Below, piece after piece: positions 11,401-26,400 of a stretch of DNA of 64,000 nucleotides. The stretch covers positions 11,198-75,197 of the forward strand of contig NW_021833020.1 in NCBI RefSeq assembly GCF_006345805.1, read 5' to 3'. The translations under genes and the position numbers were made by a program. The notes under the pieces were generated by a model. It worked only from the letters and a program-made list of their open reading frames with translations, ran no database searches and was not told where the DNA came from. Position 1 is the first letter of the stretch; the number at the start of each line of letters is the position of its first letter. The DNA is from Octopus sinensis. Taxonomy: Eukaryota.

Positions 11401-14400
11401 GTTTACTTCAGCTGAGAAGCTACTAAGGTATCAGGAAGAAAAACTTGTTAGAGATGTCTTTACTTCAGCTAGAGAAGCTACTAAGGTATCAGGAAGAAAA
11501 GCTTGTATAGATGTCTTTACTTCAGCTGGGAAGCTACTACTAGGTATCAGGAAGAAAGAAAAACTTGTATAGATGTCTTTACTTCAGCTGGGAAGCTACT
11601 GAGGTATCAAGAAGAAAAACTTGTATAGATGTCTTTACTTCAGCTGAGAAGCTACTAAGGTATCAGGAAGAAAAATTGTATAGATGTCTTTACTTCAGCT
11701 GAGAAGCTACTAAGGTATAGGAAGAAAACTTGTAAAGATGTCTTTACTTCAGCTGGAAAGCTACTAAGGTATCAGGAAGAAAAACTTGTATAGATGTCTT
11801 TACTTCAGCTGGGAAGCTACTAAGGTATCAGGAAGAAAAACTTGTATAGATGTCTTTACTTCAGCTGGGAAGCTACTAAGGTATCAGGAAGAAAAACTTG
11901 TATAGATGTCTTTACTTCAGCTGAGAAGCTACTAAGGTATCAGGAAGAAAAGCTTGTTTGAGATGTCTTTACTTCAGCTGGGAAGCTACTAAGGATAGGA
12001 AGAAGAAAAGCTTGGATAGATGTCTTTACTTCAACTGGGAAGCTACTAAGGTATCAGGAAGAAAACTTGTATAGATGTCTTTACTTCAGCTGGGAAGCTA
12101 CTAGGTATCAGGAAGAAAAACTTGTATAGATGTCTTTACTTCATCTGGGAAGCTACTAAGATATCAGGAAGAAAAACTTGTATAGATGTCTTTACTTCAG
12201 CTGAGAAGCTACTAAGGTATCAGGAAGAAAAACTTGTATAGATGTCTTTACTTCAGCTGAGAAGCTACTAAGGTATCAGGAAGAAAAACTTGTATAGATG
12301 TCTTTACTTCAGCTGGAAGCTACTAAGGTATCAGGAGAGAAAAATTGTATAGATGTCTTTACTTCAGCTGAGAAGCTACTAAGGTATCAGGAAGAAAAAC
12401 TTGTATAGATGTCTTTACTTCAGCTGAGAAGCTACTAAGGTATCAGGAAGAAAAACTTGTATAGATGTCTTTACTTCAGCTGGGAAGCTACTAAGGTTTC
12501 AGGAAGAAAAACTTGTATAGATGTCTTTACTTCAGCTGAGAAGCTACTAAGGTATCAGGAAGAAAAACTTGTATAGATGTCTTTACTTCAGCTGGGAAGC
12601 TACTAAGGTATCAGGAAGAAAAACTTGTATAGATGTCTTTACTTCAGCTGAGAAGCTACTAAGGTATCAGGAAGAAAAACTTGTTAGAGATGTCTTTACT
12701 TCAGCTGAGAAGCTACTAAGGTATCAGGAAGAAAAGCTTGTATAGATGTCTTTACTTCAGCTGGGAAGCTACTACTAAGGTATCAGGAAGAAAAACTTGT
12801 ATAGATGTCTTTACTTCAGCTGGGAAGCTACTAAGGTATCAAGAAGAAAAACTTGTATAGATGTCATTACTTCAGCTGAGAAGCTACTAAGGTATCAGGA
12901 AGAAAAACTTGTATAGATGTCTTTACTTCAGCTGAGAAGCTACTAAGGTATCAGGAAGAAAAACTTGTATGGATGTCTTTACTTCAGCTGAGAAGCTACT
13001 AAGGTATCAGGAAGAAAAACTTGTAAAGATGTCTTTACTTCAGCTGGAAAGCTACTAAGGTATCAGGAAGAAAAACTTGTATAGATGTCTTTACTTCAGC
13101 TGGGAAGCTACTAAGGTATCAGGAAGAAAAACTTGTATAGATGCCTTTACTTCAGCTGGGAAGCTACTAAGGTATCAGGAAGAAAACCATGTATAGATGT
13201 CTTTACTTCAGCTGAGAAGCTACTAAGGTATAAGGAAGAAAAGCTTGTTTGAGATGACTTTACTTCAGCTGGGAAGCTACTAAGGTATCAGGAAGAAAAG
13301 CTTGGATAGATGTCTTTACTTCAGCTGGGAAGCTACTAATGTATCAGGAAGAAAAGCTTGTATAGATGTCTTTACTTCAGCTGAGAAGCAACTAAGGTAT
13401 CAGGAAGAAAAACTTGTATAGATGTCTTTACTTCAGCTGAGAAGCTACTAAGGTATCAGGAAGAAAAGCTTGTATAGATGTCTTTACTTCAGCTGGGAAG
13501 CTACTAAGGTATCAGGAAGAAAAACTTGTATCGATGTCTTTACTTCAGCTGAGAAGCTACTAAGGTATCAGGAAGAAAAGCTTGGATAGATGTCTTTACT
13601 TCAGCTGGGAAGCTACTAAGGTATCAGGAAGAAAAACTTGTATAGATGTCTTTACTTCAGCTGGGAAGGAAGCTACTAAGGTATCAGGAGAAAAAAACTT
13701 GTATAGATGTCTTTACTTCAGCTGAGAAGCTCTAAGGTATCAGGAAGAAAAACTTGTTAGAGATGTCTTTACTTCAGCTGAGAAGCTACTAAGGTATCAG
13801 AAGACAAGCTTGTATAGATGTCTTTACTTCAGCTGGGAGGCTAAGTATCAGGAAGAAAAACTTGTATAGATGTCTTTACTTCAGCTGGGAAGCTACTAAG
13901 GTATCAAGAAGAAAAACTTGTATAGATGTCTTTACTTCAGCTGAGGAGCTACTAAGGTATCAGGAAGAAAAACTTGTAAAGATGTCTTTACTTCAGGGGA
14001 AAGCTACTAAGGTATCAGGAAGAAAAACTTGTATAGATGTTTACTTCAGCTGGAAGCTACTAAGTATCAGGAAGAAAAACTTGTATAGATGTCTTTACTT
14101 CAGCTGGGAAGCTACTAAGGTATCAGGAAGAAAAACTGTATAGATGTCTACTTCAGCTGAGAAGCTACTAAGGTATCAGGAAGAAAAGCTTGTTTGAGAT
14201 GTCTTTACTTCAGCTGGGAAGCTACTAAAGTATCAGGAAGAAAAGCTTGGATAGATGTCTTTACTTCAGCTGGGAAGCTACTAAGGTATCAGGAAGAAAA
14301 GCTTGTATAGATGTCTTTACTTCAGCTTAGAAGCTACTAAGGTATCAGGAAGAAAAACTTGTATAGATATCTTTACTTCAGCTGGGAAGCTACTAAGGTA

Positions 14401-17400
14401 TCAAGAAGAAAAACTTGTATAGATGTCTTCACTTCAGCTGAGAAGCTACTAAGGTATCAGGAAGAAAAACTTGTATAGATGTCTTTACTTCAGCTGAGAA
14501 GCTACTAAGGTATCAGGAAGAAAAACTTGTATGGATGTCTTTACTTCAGCTGAGAAGCTACTAAGGTATCAGGAAGAAAACTTGTAAAGATGTCTTTACT
14601 TCAGCTGGAAAGCTACTAAGGTATCGAAGAAAAAATTGTATAGATGTCTTTACTTCAGCTGGGAAGCTACTAAGGTATCAGGAGAGAAAACTTGTATAGA
14701 TGTCTTTACTTCAGCTGGAAGCTACTAAGGTATCAGGAAGAAAACCATGTATAGATGTCTTTACTTCAGCTGAGAAGCTACTAAGGTATAAGGAAGAAAA
14801 GCTTGTTTGAGATGACATTACTTCAGCTGGGAAGCTACTAAGGTATCAGGAAGAAAAGCTTGGATAGATGTCTTTACTTCAGCTGGGAAGCTACTAATGT
14901 ACCAGGAAGAAAAGCTTGTATAGATGTCTTTACTTCAGCTGAGAAGCAACTAAGGTTTCAGGAAGAAAAACATGTATAGATGTCTTTACTTCATCTGGGA
15001 AGCTACTAAGGTATCAGGAAGAAAAACTTGTATAGATGTCTTTACTTCAGCTGAGAAGCTACTAAGGTATCAGGAAGAAAAACTTGTATAGATGTCTTTA
15101 CTTCAGCTGAGAAGCTACTAAGGTATCAGGAAGAAAAACTTGTATAGATGTCTTTACTTCAGCTGGGAAGCTACTAAGGTATCAGGAAGAAAAGCTTGTA
15201 TAGATGTCTTTACTTCAATGAGAAGCTACTAAGGTATCAGGAAGAAAAACTTGTTAGAGATGTCTTTACTTCAGCTGAGAAGCTACTAAAGTATCAGGAA
15301 GAAAAACTTGTATAGATGTCTTTACTTCAGCTGGGAAGCTACTAAGGTATCAGGAAGAAAAATTTGTATAGATGTCTTTACTTCAGCTGGGAAGCTACTA
15401 AGGTATCAGGAAGAAAAACTTGTATAGATGTCTTTACTTCAGCTGGGAAGCTACTAAGGTATGAGGAAGAAAAACTTGTATAGATGTCTTTACTTCAGCT
15501 GGGAAGCTACAAATGTATCAGGAAGAAAAACTTGTATAGATGTCTTTACTTCAGCTGAGAAGCTACTAAGGTATCAGGAAGAAAAACTTGTATAGATGTC
15601 GTTACTTCAGCTGGGAAGCTACTAAGGTATCAGGAAGAAAAACTTGTATAGATGTCTTTACTTCAGCTGAGAAGCTACGAAGGTATCAGCAAGAAAAACT
15701 TGTTAGAGATGTCTTTACTTTAGCTGAGAAGCTACTAAGGTATCAGGAAGAAAAGCTTGTATAGATGTCTTTACTTCAGCTGGGAAGCTACTAAGGTATC
15801 AGGAAGAAAAACTTGTATAGATGTCTTTACTTCAGCTGAGAAGCTACTAAGGTATCAGGAAGAAAAACTTGTATAGATGTCTTTACTTCAGCTGGGAAGC
15901 AACTAAGGTATCAGGAAGAAAAACTTGTATAGATGTCTTTACTTCAGCTGGGAAGCTACTAAGGTATCAGGAAGAAAAACTTGTTAGAGATGTCTTTACT
16001 TCAGCTGAGAAGCTACTAAGGTATCAGGAAGACAAGCTTGTATAGATGTCTTTACTTCAGCTGGGAGGCTACTAAGGTATCAGGAAGAAAAACTTGTATA
16101 GATGTCTTTACTTCAGCTGGGAAGCTACTAAGGTATCAAGAAGAAAAACTTGTATAGATGCCTTTACATCAGCTGAGAAGCTACTAAGGTATCAGGAAGA
16201 AAAACTTGTATAGATGTCTTTACTTCAGCTGGGAAGCTACTAAGGTATCAGGAAGAAAAACTTGTATAGATGTCTTTACTTCAGCTGGGAAGCTACTAAG
16301 GTATCAGGAAGAAAAACTTGTATAGATGTCTTTACTTCAGCTGGGAAGCTACTAAGGTATCAGGAAGAAAAGCTTGTATAGATGTCTTTACTTCAATGAG
16401 AAGCTACTAAGGTATCAGGAAGAAAAACTTGTTAGAGATGTCTTTACTTCAGCTGAGAAGCTACTAAGGTATCAGGAAGAAAAACTTGTATAGAAGTCTT
16501 TACTTCAGCTGGGAAGCAACTAAGTTATCAGGAAGAAAAGCTTGTATAGATGTCTTTACTTCAGCTGGGAAGCTACTAAGGTATCAGGAAGAAAAACTTG
16601 TATAGATGTCTTTACTTCAGCTGGGAAGCTACTAAGGTATCAGGAAGAAAAACTTCTATAGATGTCTTTACTTCAGCTGAGAAGCTACTAAGGTATCAGG
16701 AAGAAAAACTTGTTAGAGATGTCTTTACTTCAGCTGAGAAGCTACTAAGTTTCAGGAAGACAAGCTTGTAGATGTCTTTACTTCAGCTGGGAGGCTACTA
16801 AGGTATCAGGAAGAAAAACTTGTATAGATGTCTTTACTTCAGCTGGGAAGCTACTAAGGTATCAGGAAGAAAAACTTGTATAGATATCTTTACTTCAGCT
16901 GAGAAGCTACTAAGTTATAAGGAAGAAAACTCGTATAGATGTCTTTACTTCAGCTGAAAGCTACTGAGGTATCAGGAAGAAAAACTTGTATAGATGCCTT
17001 TACTTCAGCTGGAAGCTACTAAGGTATCAGGAAGAAAAACTTGTATAGATGTCTTTACTTCAGCTGAGAAGCTACTAAGGTATCAGGAAGAAAACTTGTA
17101 TAGATGTCTTTACTTCAGCTGAAAGCTACTAAGGTATCAGGAAGAAAAGCTTGTTAGAGATGTCTTTACTTCAGCTGAGAAGCTACTAAGTTATCAGGAA
17201 GAAAAACTTGTATAGATGTCTTTACTTCAGCTGGGAAGCTACTAAGTTATCAGGAAGAAAAGCTTGTATAGATGTCTTTACTTCAGCTGAGAAGCTACTA
17301 AGGTATCAGGAAGAAAAACTTGTTAGAGATGCCTTTACTTCAGCTGAGAAGCTACTAAGGTATCAGGAAGAAAAACTTGTTAGAGATGTCTTTACTTCAG

Positions 17401-20400
17401 CTGAGAAGCTACTAATGTATCAGGAAGAAAAGCTTGTATAGATGTCTTTACTTCAGCTGGGAAGCTACGAAGGTATCAGGAAGAAAAACGTGTATAGATG
17501 TCTTTACTTCAGCTGAGAAGCTACTAAGGTATCAGGAAGAAAACTTGTATAGAGTCTCTTACTTCAGCTGGGAAGCACTAAGTTATCAGGAAGAAAAGCT
17601 TGTATAGATGTCTTTACTTCAGCTGGGAAGCTACTAAGGTATCAGGAAGAAAAACTTGTATAGATGTCTTTACTTCAGCTGGGAAGCTACTAAGGTATCA
17701 GGAAGAAAAACTTCTATAGATGTCTTTACTTCAGCTGAGAAGCTACTAAGGTATCAGGAAGAAAAACTTGTTAGAGATGTCTTTACTTCAGCTGAGAAGC
17801 TACTAAGGTTTCAGGAAGACAAGCTTGTATAGATGTCTTTACTTCAGCTGGGAGGCTACTAAGGTATCAGGAAGAAAAACTTGTATAGATGTCTTTACTT
17901 CAGCTGGGAAGCTACTAAGGTATCAGGAAGAAAAACTTGTATAGATATCTTTACTTCAGCTGAGAAGCTACTAAGTTATAAGGAAGAAAAACTCGTATAG
18001 ATGTCTTTACTTCAGCTGAAAAGCTACTGAGGTATCAGGAAGAAAAACTTGTATAGATGCCTTTACTTCAGCTGGGAAGCTACTAAGGTATCAGGAAGAA
18101 AAACTTGTATAGATGTCTTTACTTCAGCTGAGAAGCTACTAATGTATCAGGAAGAAAAACTTGTATAGATGTCTTTACTTCAGCTGAGAAGCTACTAAGG
18201 TATCAGGAAGAAAAGCTTGTTAGAGATGTCTTTACTTCAGCTGAGAAGCTACTAAGTTATCAGGAAGAAAAACTTGTATAGATGTCTTTACTTCAGCTGG
18301 GAAGCTACTAAGTTATCAGGAAGAAAAGCTTGTATAGATGTCTTTACTTCAGCTGAGAAGCTACTAAGGTATCAGGAAGAAAAACTTGTTAGAGATACCT
18401 TTACTTCAGCTGAGAAGCTACTAAGGTATCAGGAAGAAAAACTTGTTAGAGATGTCTTTACTTCAGCTGAGAAGCTACTAATGTATCAGGAAGAAAAGCT
18501 TGTATAGATGTCTTTACTTCAGCTGGGAAGCTACGAAGGTATCAGGAAGAAAAACGTGTATAGATGTCTTTACTTCAGCTGAGAAGCTACTAAGGTATCA
18601 GGAAGAAAAACTTGTATAGATGTCTTTACTTCAGCTGGGAAGCAACTAATGTATCAGGAAGAAAAACTTGTATAGATGTCTTTACTTCAGCTGGGAAGCT
18701 ACTAAGGTATCAGGAAGAAAAACTTGTATAGATGTCTTTACTTCAGCTGAGAAGCTACTAAGGTATCAGGAAGAAAAACTTGTATAGATGTCTTGACTTC
18801 AGCTGAGAAGCTACTAAGGTATCAGGAAGAAAAACTTGTAAAGATGTCTTTACTTCAGCTGGAAAGCTACTAAGGTACCAGGAAGAAAAAGTTGCATAGA
18901 TGTCTTTACTTCGGCTGGGAAGCTACTAAGGTATCAGGAAGAAAAACTTGTAAAGATGTCTTTACTTCAGCTGGAAAGCTACTAAGGTATCAGGAAGAAA
19001 AACTTGTATAGATGTCTTTACTTCAGCTGGGAAGCTACTAAGGTATCAGGAAGAAAAACCTGTATAGATGTCTTTACTTCAGCTGAGAAGCTACTAAGAT
19101 ATCAGGAAGAAAAGCTTGTGAGAGATGTCTTTACTTCAGCTGAGAAGCTACTAAGGTATCAGGAAGAAAAACTTGTTAGAGATGTCTTTACTTCAGCTGA
19201 GAAGCTACTAAGGTATCAGGAAGAAAACTTGTTAGAGATGTCTTTACTTCAGCTGAGAAGCTACTAAGGTATCAGAAGAAAAGCTTGTATAGATGTCTTT
19301 ACTTCAGCTGGGAAGCTACTAATGTATCAGGAAGAAAACTTGTATAGATGTCTTTACTTCAGCTGAGAAGCTACTAAGTTATCAGGAAGAAAAACTTGTA
19401 AAGATGTCTTTACTTCAGCTGGAAAGCTACTAAGGTATCAGGAAGAAAAACTTTTATAGGTGTCTTTACTTCTGCTGAGAAGCTACTAAGGTATCAGGAA
19501 GAAAAACTTGTATAGATGTCTTTACTTCAGCTGAGAAGCTACTAAGGTATCAGGAAGAAAAACTTGTATAGATGTCTTTACTTCAGCTGAGAAGCTACTA
19601 AGGTATCAGGAAGTAAAGCTTGTTAGAGATGTCTTTACTTCAGCTGAGAAGCTACTAAGTTATCAGGAAGAAAAACTTGTAAAGATGTCTTTACTTCAGC
19701 TGGGGAGCTACTAAGGTATCAGGAAGAAAACCTTGTATAGATGTCTTTACTTCAGCTGAGAAGCTACTAAGGTATCAGGAAGAAAAACTTGTTAGAGATG
19801 CCTTTACTTCAGCTGAGAAGCTACTAAGGTATCAGGAAGAAAAACTTGTTAGAGATGTCTTTACTTCAGCTGAGAAGCTACTAGGTATCAGGAAGAAAAG
19901 CTTGTATAGATGTCTTTACTTCAGCTGGGAAGCAACAAAGTCATCAGGAAGAAAACGTTATAGATGTCTTTACTTCAGCTGAGAAGCTACTAAGGTATCA
20001 GGAAGAAAAACTTGTATAGATGTCTTTACTTCAGCTGGGAAGCAACTAAGGTATCAGGAAGAAAAACTTGTATAGATGTCTTTACTTCAGCTGGAAGCTA
20101 CTAAGGTATCAGGAAGAAAAACTTGTATAGATGTCTTTACTTCAGCTGAGAAGCTACTAAGTTATCAGGAAGAAAAACTTGTATAGATGTCTTTACTTCA
20201 GCTGAGAAGCTACTAAGGTATCAGGAAGAAAACTTGTATAGATGTCTTTACTTCAGCTGAGAAGCTACTAAGGTATCAGAAGAAACTTGTAAAGTTGTCT
20301 TTACTTCTGCTGGAAAGCTACTAAGGTATCAGGAAGAAAAACTTGTATAGATGTCCTTACTTCAGCTGGGAAGCTACTAAGGTATCAGGAAGAAAACTTG

Positions 20401-23400
20401 TTAGAGATGTCTTTACTTCATCAGCTGAGAAGCTACTAAGTTATCAGGAAGAAAAACTTGTATAGATGTCTTTACTTCAGCTGGGAAGCTACTAAGTTAT
20501 CAGGAAGAAAAGCTTGTATAGATGTCTTTACTTCACTGCTGAGAAGCTACTAAGGTATCAGGAAGAAAAACTTGTTAGAGATGCTTTACTTCAGCTGAGA
20601 AGCTACTAAGGTATCAGGAGAAAAACTTGTTAGAGATGTCTTTACTTCAGCTGAGAAGCTACTAATGTATCAGGAAGAAAAGCTTGTATAGATGTCTTAC
20701 TTCAGCTGGGAAGCTACGAAGGTATCAGGAAGAAAAACGTGTATAGATGTCTTTACTTCAGCTGAGAAGCTACTAAGGTATCAGGAAGAAAAACTTGTAT
20801 AGATGTCTTTACTTCAGCTGGGAAGCAACTAAGGTATCAGGAAGAAAAACTTGTATAGATGTCTTTACTTCAGCTGGGAAGCTACTAAGGTATCAGGAAG
20901 AAAAACTTGTATAGATGTCTTTACTTCAGCTGAGAAGCTACTAAGGTATCAGGAAGAAAAACTTGTATAGATTTCTTTACTTCAGCTGAGAAGCTACTAA
21001 GGTATCAGGAAGAAAAACTTGTAAAGATGTCTTTACTTCAGCTGGAAAGCTACTAAGGTACCAGGAAGAAAAAGTTGCATAGATGTCTTTACTTCGGCTG
21101 GGAAGCTACTAAGGTATCAGGAAGAAAAACTTGTAAAGATGTCTTTACTTCAGCTGGAAAGCTACTAAGGTATCAGGAAGAAAAACTTGTATAGATGTCT
21201 TTACTTCAGCTGAGAAGCTACTAAGGTATCAGGAAGAAAAACCTGTATAGATGTCTTTACTTCAGCTGAGAAGCTACTAAGATATCAGGAAGAAAAGCTT
21301 GTGAGAGATGTCTTTACTTCAGCTGAGAAGCTACTAAGGTATCAGGAAGAAAAACTTGTTAGAGATGTCTTTACTTCAGCTGAGAAGCTACTAAGGTATC
21401 AGGAAGAAAAACTTGTTCGAGATGTCTTTACTTCAGCTGAGAAGCTACTAAGGTATCAGGAAGAAAAGCTTGTATAGATGTCTTTACTTCAGCTGGGAAG
21501 CTACTAATGTATCAGGAAGAAAAACTTGTATAGATGTCTTTACTTCAGCTGAGAAGCTACTAAGTTATCAGGAAGAAAAACTTGTAAAGATGTCTTTACT
21601 TCAGCTGGAAAGCTACTAAGGTATCAGGAAGAAAAACTTTTATAGGTGTCTTTACTTCTGCTGAGAAGCTACTAAGGTATCAGGAAGAAAAACTTGTATA
21701 GATGTCTTTACTTCAGCTGAGAAGCTACTAAGGTATCAGGAAGAAAAACTTGTATAGATGTCTTTACTTCAGCTGAGAAGCTACTAAGTATCAGGAAGTA
21801 AAGCTTGTTAGAGATGTCTTTACTTCAGCTGAGAAGCTACTAAGTTATCAGGAAGAAAAACTTGTAAAGATGTCTTTACTTCAGCTGGGGAGCTACTAAG
21901 GTATCAGGAAGAAAACCTTGTATAGATGTCTTTACTTCAGCTGAGAAGCTACTAAGGTATCAGGAAGAAAAACTTGTTAGAGATGCCTTTACTTCAGCTG
22001 AGAAGCTACTAAGGTATCAGGAAGAAAAACTTGTTAGAGATGTCTTTACTTCAGCTGAGAAGCTACTAAGGTATCAGGAAGAAAAGCTTGTATAGATGTC
22101 TTTACTTCAGCTGGGAACCAACAAAGGCATCAGGAAGAAAAACGTGTATAGATGTCTTTACTTCAGCTGAGAAGCTACTAAGGTATCAGGAAGAAAAACT
22201 TGTATAGATGTCTTTACTTCAGCTGGGAAGCAACTAAGGTATCAGGAAGAAAAACTTGTATAGATGTCTTTACTTCAGCTGGGAAGCTACTAAGGTATCA
22301 GGAAGAAAAACTTGTATAGATGTCTTTACTTCAGCTGAGAAGCTACTAAGTTATCAGGAAGAAAAACTTGTATAGATGTCTTTACTTCAGCTGAGAAGCT
22401 ACTAAGGTATCAGGAAGAAAAACTTGTACAGATGTCTTTACTTCAGCTGAGAAGCTACTAAGGTATCAGGAAGAAAAACTTGTAAAGTTGTCTTTACTTC
22501 TGCTGGAAGCTACTAAGGTATCAGGAAGAAAAACTTGTATAGATGTCTTTACTTCAGCTGGGAAGCTACTAAGGTATCAGGAAGAAAAACTTGTAAAGAT
22601 GTCTTTACTTCAGCTGGGAAGCTACTAATGTATCAGGAAGAAAAACTTGTATAGATGTCTTTACTTCAGCTGAGAAGCTACTAAGACATCAGGAAGAAAA
22701 GCTTGTGAGGATGTCTTTACTTCAGCTGAGAAACTACTAAGTTATCAGGAAGAAAAACTTGTTAGAGAGTCTTTACTTCAGCTGAGAAGCTACTAGGTAT
22801 CAGGAAGAAAAACTTGTTAGAGATGTCTTTACTTCAGCTGAGAAGCTACTAAGGTATCAGGAAGAAAAGCTTGTATAGATGTCTTTACTTCAGCTGGGAA
22901 GCTACTAATGTATCAGAAGAAAAACTTGTATAGATGTCTTTACTTCAGCTGAGAAGCTACTAAGGTATCAGGAAGAAAAACTTGTAAGATGTCTTTACTT
23001 CAGCTGGAAAGCTACTAAGGTATCAGGAAGAAAAACTTTTATAGGTGTCTTTACTTCTGCTGAGAAGCTACTAAGGTATCAGGAAGAAAAACTTGTATAG
23101 ATGTCTTTACTTCAGCTGAGAAGCTACTAAGGTATCAGGAAGAAAAACTTGTATAGATGTCTTTACTTCAGCTGAGAAGCTACTAAGGTATCAGGAAGTA
23201 AAGCTTGTTAGAGATGTCTTTACTTCAGCTGAGAAGCTACTAAGTTATCAGGAAGAAAAACTTGTAAAGATGTCTTTACTTCAGCTGGGGAGCTACTAAG
23301 GTATCAGGAAGAAAACCTTGTATAGATGTCTTTACTTCAGCTGAGAAGCTACTAAGGTATCAGGAAGAAAAACTTGTTAGAGATGCCTTTACTTCAGCTG

Positions 23401-26400
23401 AGAAGCTACTAAGGTATCAGGAAGAAAAACTTGTTAGAGATGTCTTTACTTCAGCTGAGAAGCTACTAAGGTATCAGGAAGAAAAGCTTGTATAGATGTC
23501 TTTACTTCAGCTGGGAAGCAACAAAGGTATCAGGAAGAAAAACTTGTATAGATGTCTTTACTTCAGCTGAGAAGCTACTAAGGTATCAGGAAGAAAAACT
23601 TGTATAGATGTCTTTACTTCAGCTGGGAAGCAACTAAGGTATCAGGAAGAAAAACTTGTATAGATGTCTTTACTTCAGCTGGGAAGCTACTAAGGTATCA
23701 GGAAGAAAAACTTGTATAGATGTCTTTACTTCAGCTGAGAAGCTACTAAGTTATCAGGAAGAAAAACTTGTATAGATGTCTTTACTTCAGCTGAGAAGCT
23801 ACTAAGGTATCAGGAAGAAAAACTTGTATAGATGTCTTTACTTCAGCTGAGAAGCTACTAAGGTATCAGGAAGAAAAACTTGTAAAGTTGTCTTTACTTC
23901 TGCTGGAAAGCTACTAAGGTATCAGGAAGAAAAACTTGTATAGATGTCTTTACTTCAGCTGGGAAGCTACTAAGGTATCAGGAAGAAAAACTTGTAAAGA
24001 TGTCTTTACTTCAGCTGGGAAGCTACTAATGTATCAGGAAGAAAAACTTGTATAGATGTCTTTACTTCAGCTGAGAAGCTACTAAGACATCAGGAAGAAA
24101 AGCTTGTGAGAGATGTCTTTACTTCAGCTGAGAAACTACTAAGTTATCAGGAAGAAAAACTTGTTAGAGACGTCTTTACTTCAGCTGAGAAGCTACTAAG
24201 GTATCAGGAAGAAAAACTTGTTAGAGATGTCTTTACTTCAGCTGAGAAGCTACTAAGGTATCAGGAAGAAAAGCTTGTATAGATGTCTTTACTTCAGCTG
24301 GGAAGCTACTAAGGTATCAGGAAGAAAAACTTGTATAGATGTCTGTAGTTCAGCTGAGAAGCTACTAAGGCATCAGGAAGAAAAACTTGTAAAGATGTCT
24401 TTACTTCAGCTGGAAAGCTACTAAGGTATCAGGAAGAAAAACTTTTATAGGTGTCTTTACTTCTGCTGAGAAGCTACTAAGGTATCAGGAAGAAAAACTT
24501 GTATAGAGGTCTTTACTTAATCTGGGAAGCTACTAAGGTATCAGGAAGAAAAGCTTGTATAGATGTCTTTACTTCAGCTGAGAAGCTACTAAGGTATCAG
24601 GAAGAAAAACTTGTATAGATGTCTTTACTTCAGCTGAGAAGCTACTAAGGTATCAGGAAGAAAAACTTGTATAGATGTCTTTACTTCAGCTGGGAAGCTA
24701 CCAAGGTATCAGGAAAAAAAACTTGTATAGATGTCTTTACTTTAGCTGAGAATCTACTAAGGTATCAGGAAGAAAAACTTGCATAGATGTCTTTACTTCA
24801 GCTCAGAAGCTACTAAGGTATCAGGAAGAAAAACTTGTAAAGATGTCTTTACTTCAGCTGGAAAGCTACTAAGGTATCAGGAAGAAAAAGTTGTATAGAT
24901 GTCTTTACTTCAGCTGGGAAGCTACTAAGGTATCAGGAAGAAAAACTTGTAAAGATGTCTTTACTTCAGCTGGAAAGCTACTAAGGTATCAGGAAGAAAA
25001 ACTTGTATAGATGTCTTTACTTCAGCTGGGAAGCTACTAAGGTATCAGGAAGAAAAACTTGTATAGATGTCTTTACTTCAGCTTGGAAGCTACTAAGGTA
25101 TCAGGAAGAAAAACTCGTATAGATGCCTTTACTTCAGCTGAGAAGCTACTAAGATATCAGGAAGAAAATCTTGTGAGAGATGTCTTTACTTCAGCTGAGA
25201 AGCTACTAAGTTATCAGGAAGAAAAACTTGTAAAGATGTCTTTACTTCAGCTGGGAAGCTACTAAGGTATCAGGAAGAAAACCTTGTATAGATGTCTTTA
25301 CTTCAGCTGAGAAGCTACTAAGGTATCAGGAAGAAAAACTTGTATAGATGTCTTTACTTCAGCTGAGAAGCTACTAAGGTATCAGGAAGAAAAACTTGTA
25401 TAGATGTCTTTACTTCAGCTGAGAAGCTACTAAGGTATCAGGAAGAAAAACTTGTAAAGATGTCTTTACTTCAGCTGGAAAGCTACTAAGGTATCAGGAA
25501 GAAAAAGTTGTATAGATGTCTTTACTTCAGCTGGGAAGCTACTAAGGTATCAGGAAGAAAAACTTGTAAAGATGTCTTTACTTCAGCTGGAAAGCTACTA
25601 AGGTATCAGGAAGAAAAACTTGTATAGATGTCTTTACTTCAGCTGGGAAGCTACTAAGGTATCAGGAAGAAAAACTTGTATAGATGTCTTTACTTCAGCT
25701 GAGAAGCTACTAAGATATCAGGAAGAAAAGCTTGTGAGAGATGTCTCTACTTCAGCTGAGAAACTACTAAGGTATCAGGAAGAAAAACTTGTTAGAGATG
25801 TCTTTACTTCAGCTGAGAAGCTACTAAGGTATCAGGAAGAAAAATCTGTTAGAGATGTCTTTACTTCAGCTGAGAAGCTACTAAGGTATCAGGAAGAAAA
25901 GCTTGTATAGAAGTCTTTACTTCAGCTGGGAAGCTACTAAGTTATCAGGAAGAAAAACTTGTAAAGATGTCTTTACTTCAGCTGAGAAGCTACTAAGGTA
26001 TCAGGAAGAAAAACTTGTATAGATGTCTTTACTTCAGCTGAGAAGCTACTAAGGTATCAGGAAGAAAAGCTTGTAAAGATGTCTTTACTTCAGCTGGGAA
26101 GCTACTAAGGTATCAGGAAGAAAACCTTGTATAGATGTCTTTACTTCAGCTGAGAAGCTACTAAGTTATCAGGAAGAAAAACTTGTTAGAGATGCCTTTA
26201 CTTCAGCTGAGAAGCTACTAAGGTATCAGGAAGAAAAACTTGTTAGAGATGTCTTTACTTCAGCTGAGAAGCTACTAAGGTATCAGGAAGAAAAGCTTGT
26301 ATAGATGTCTTTACTTCAGCTGGGAAGCTACTAAGTTATCAGGAAGAAAAACGTGTATAGATGTCTTTACTTCAGCTGAGAAGCTACTAAGGTATCAGGA

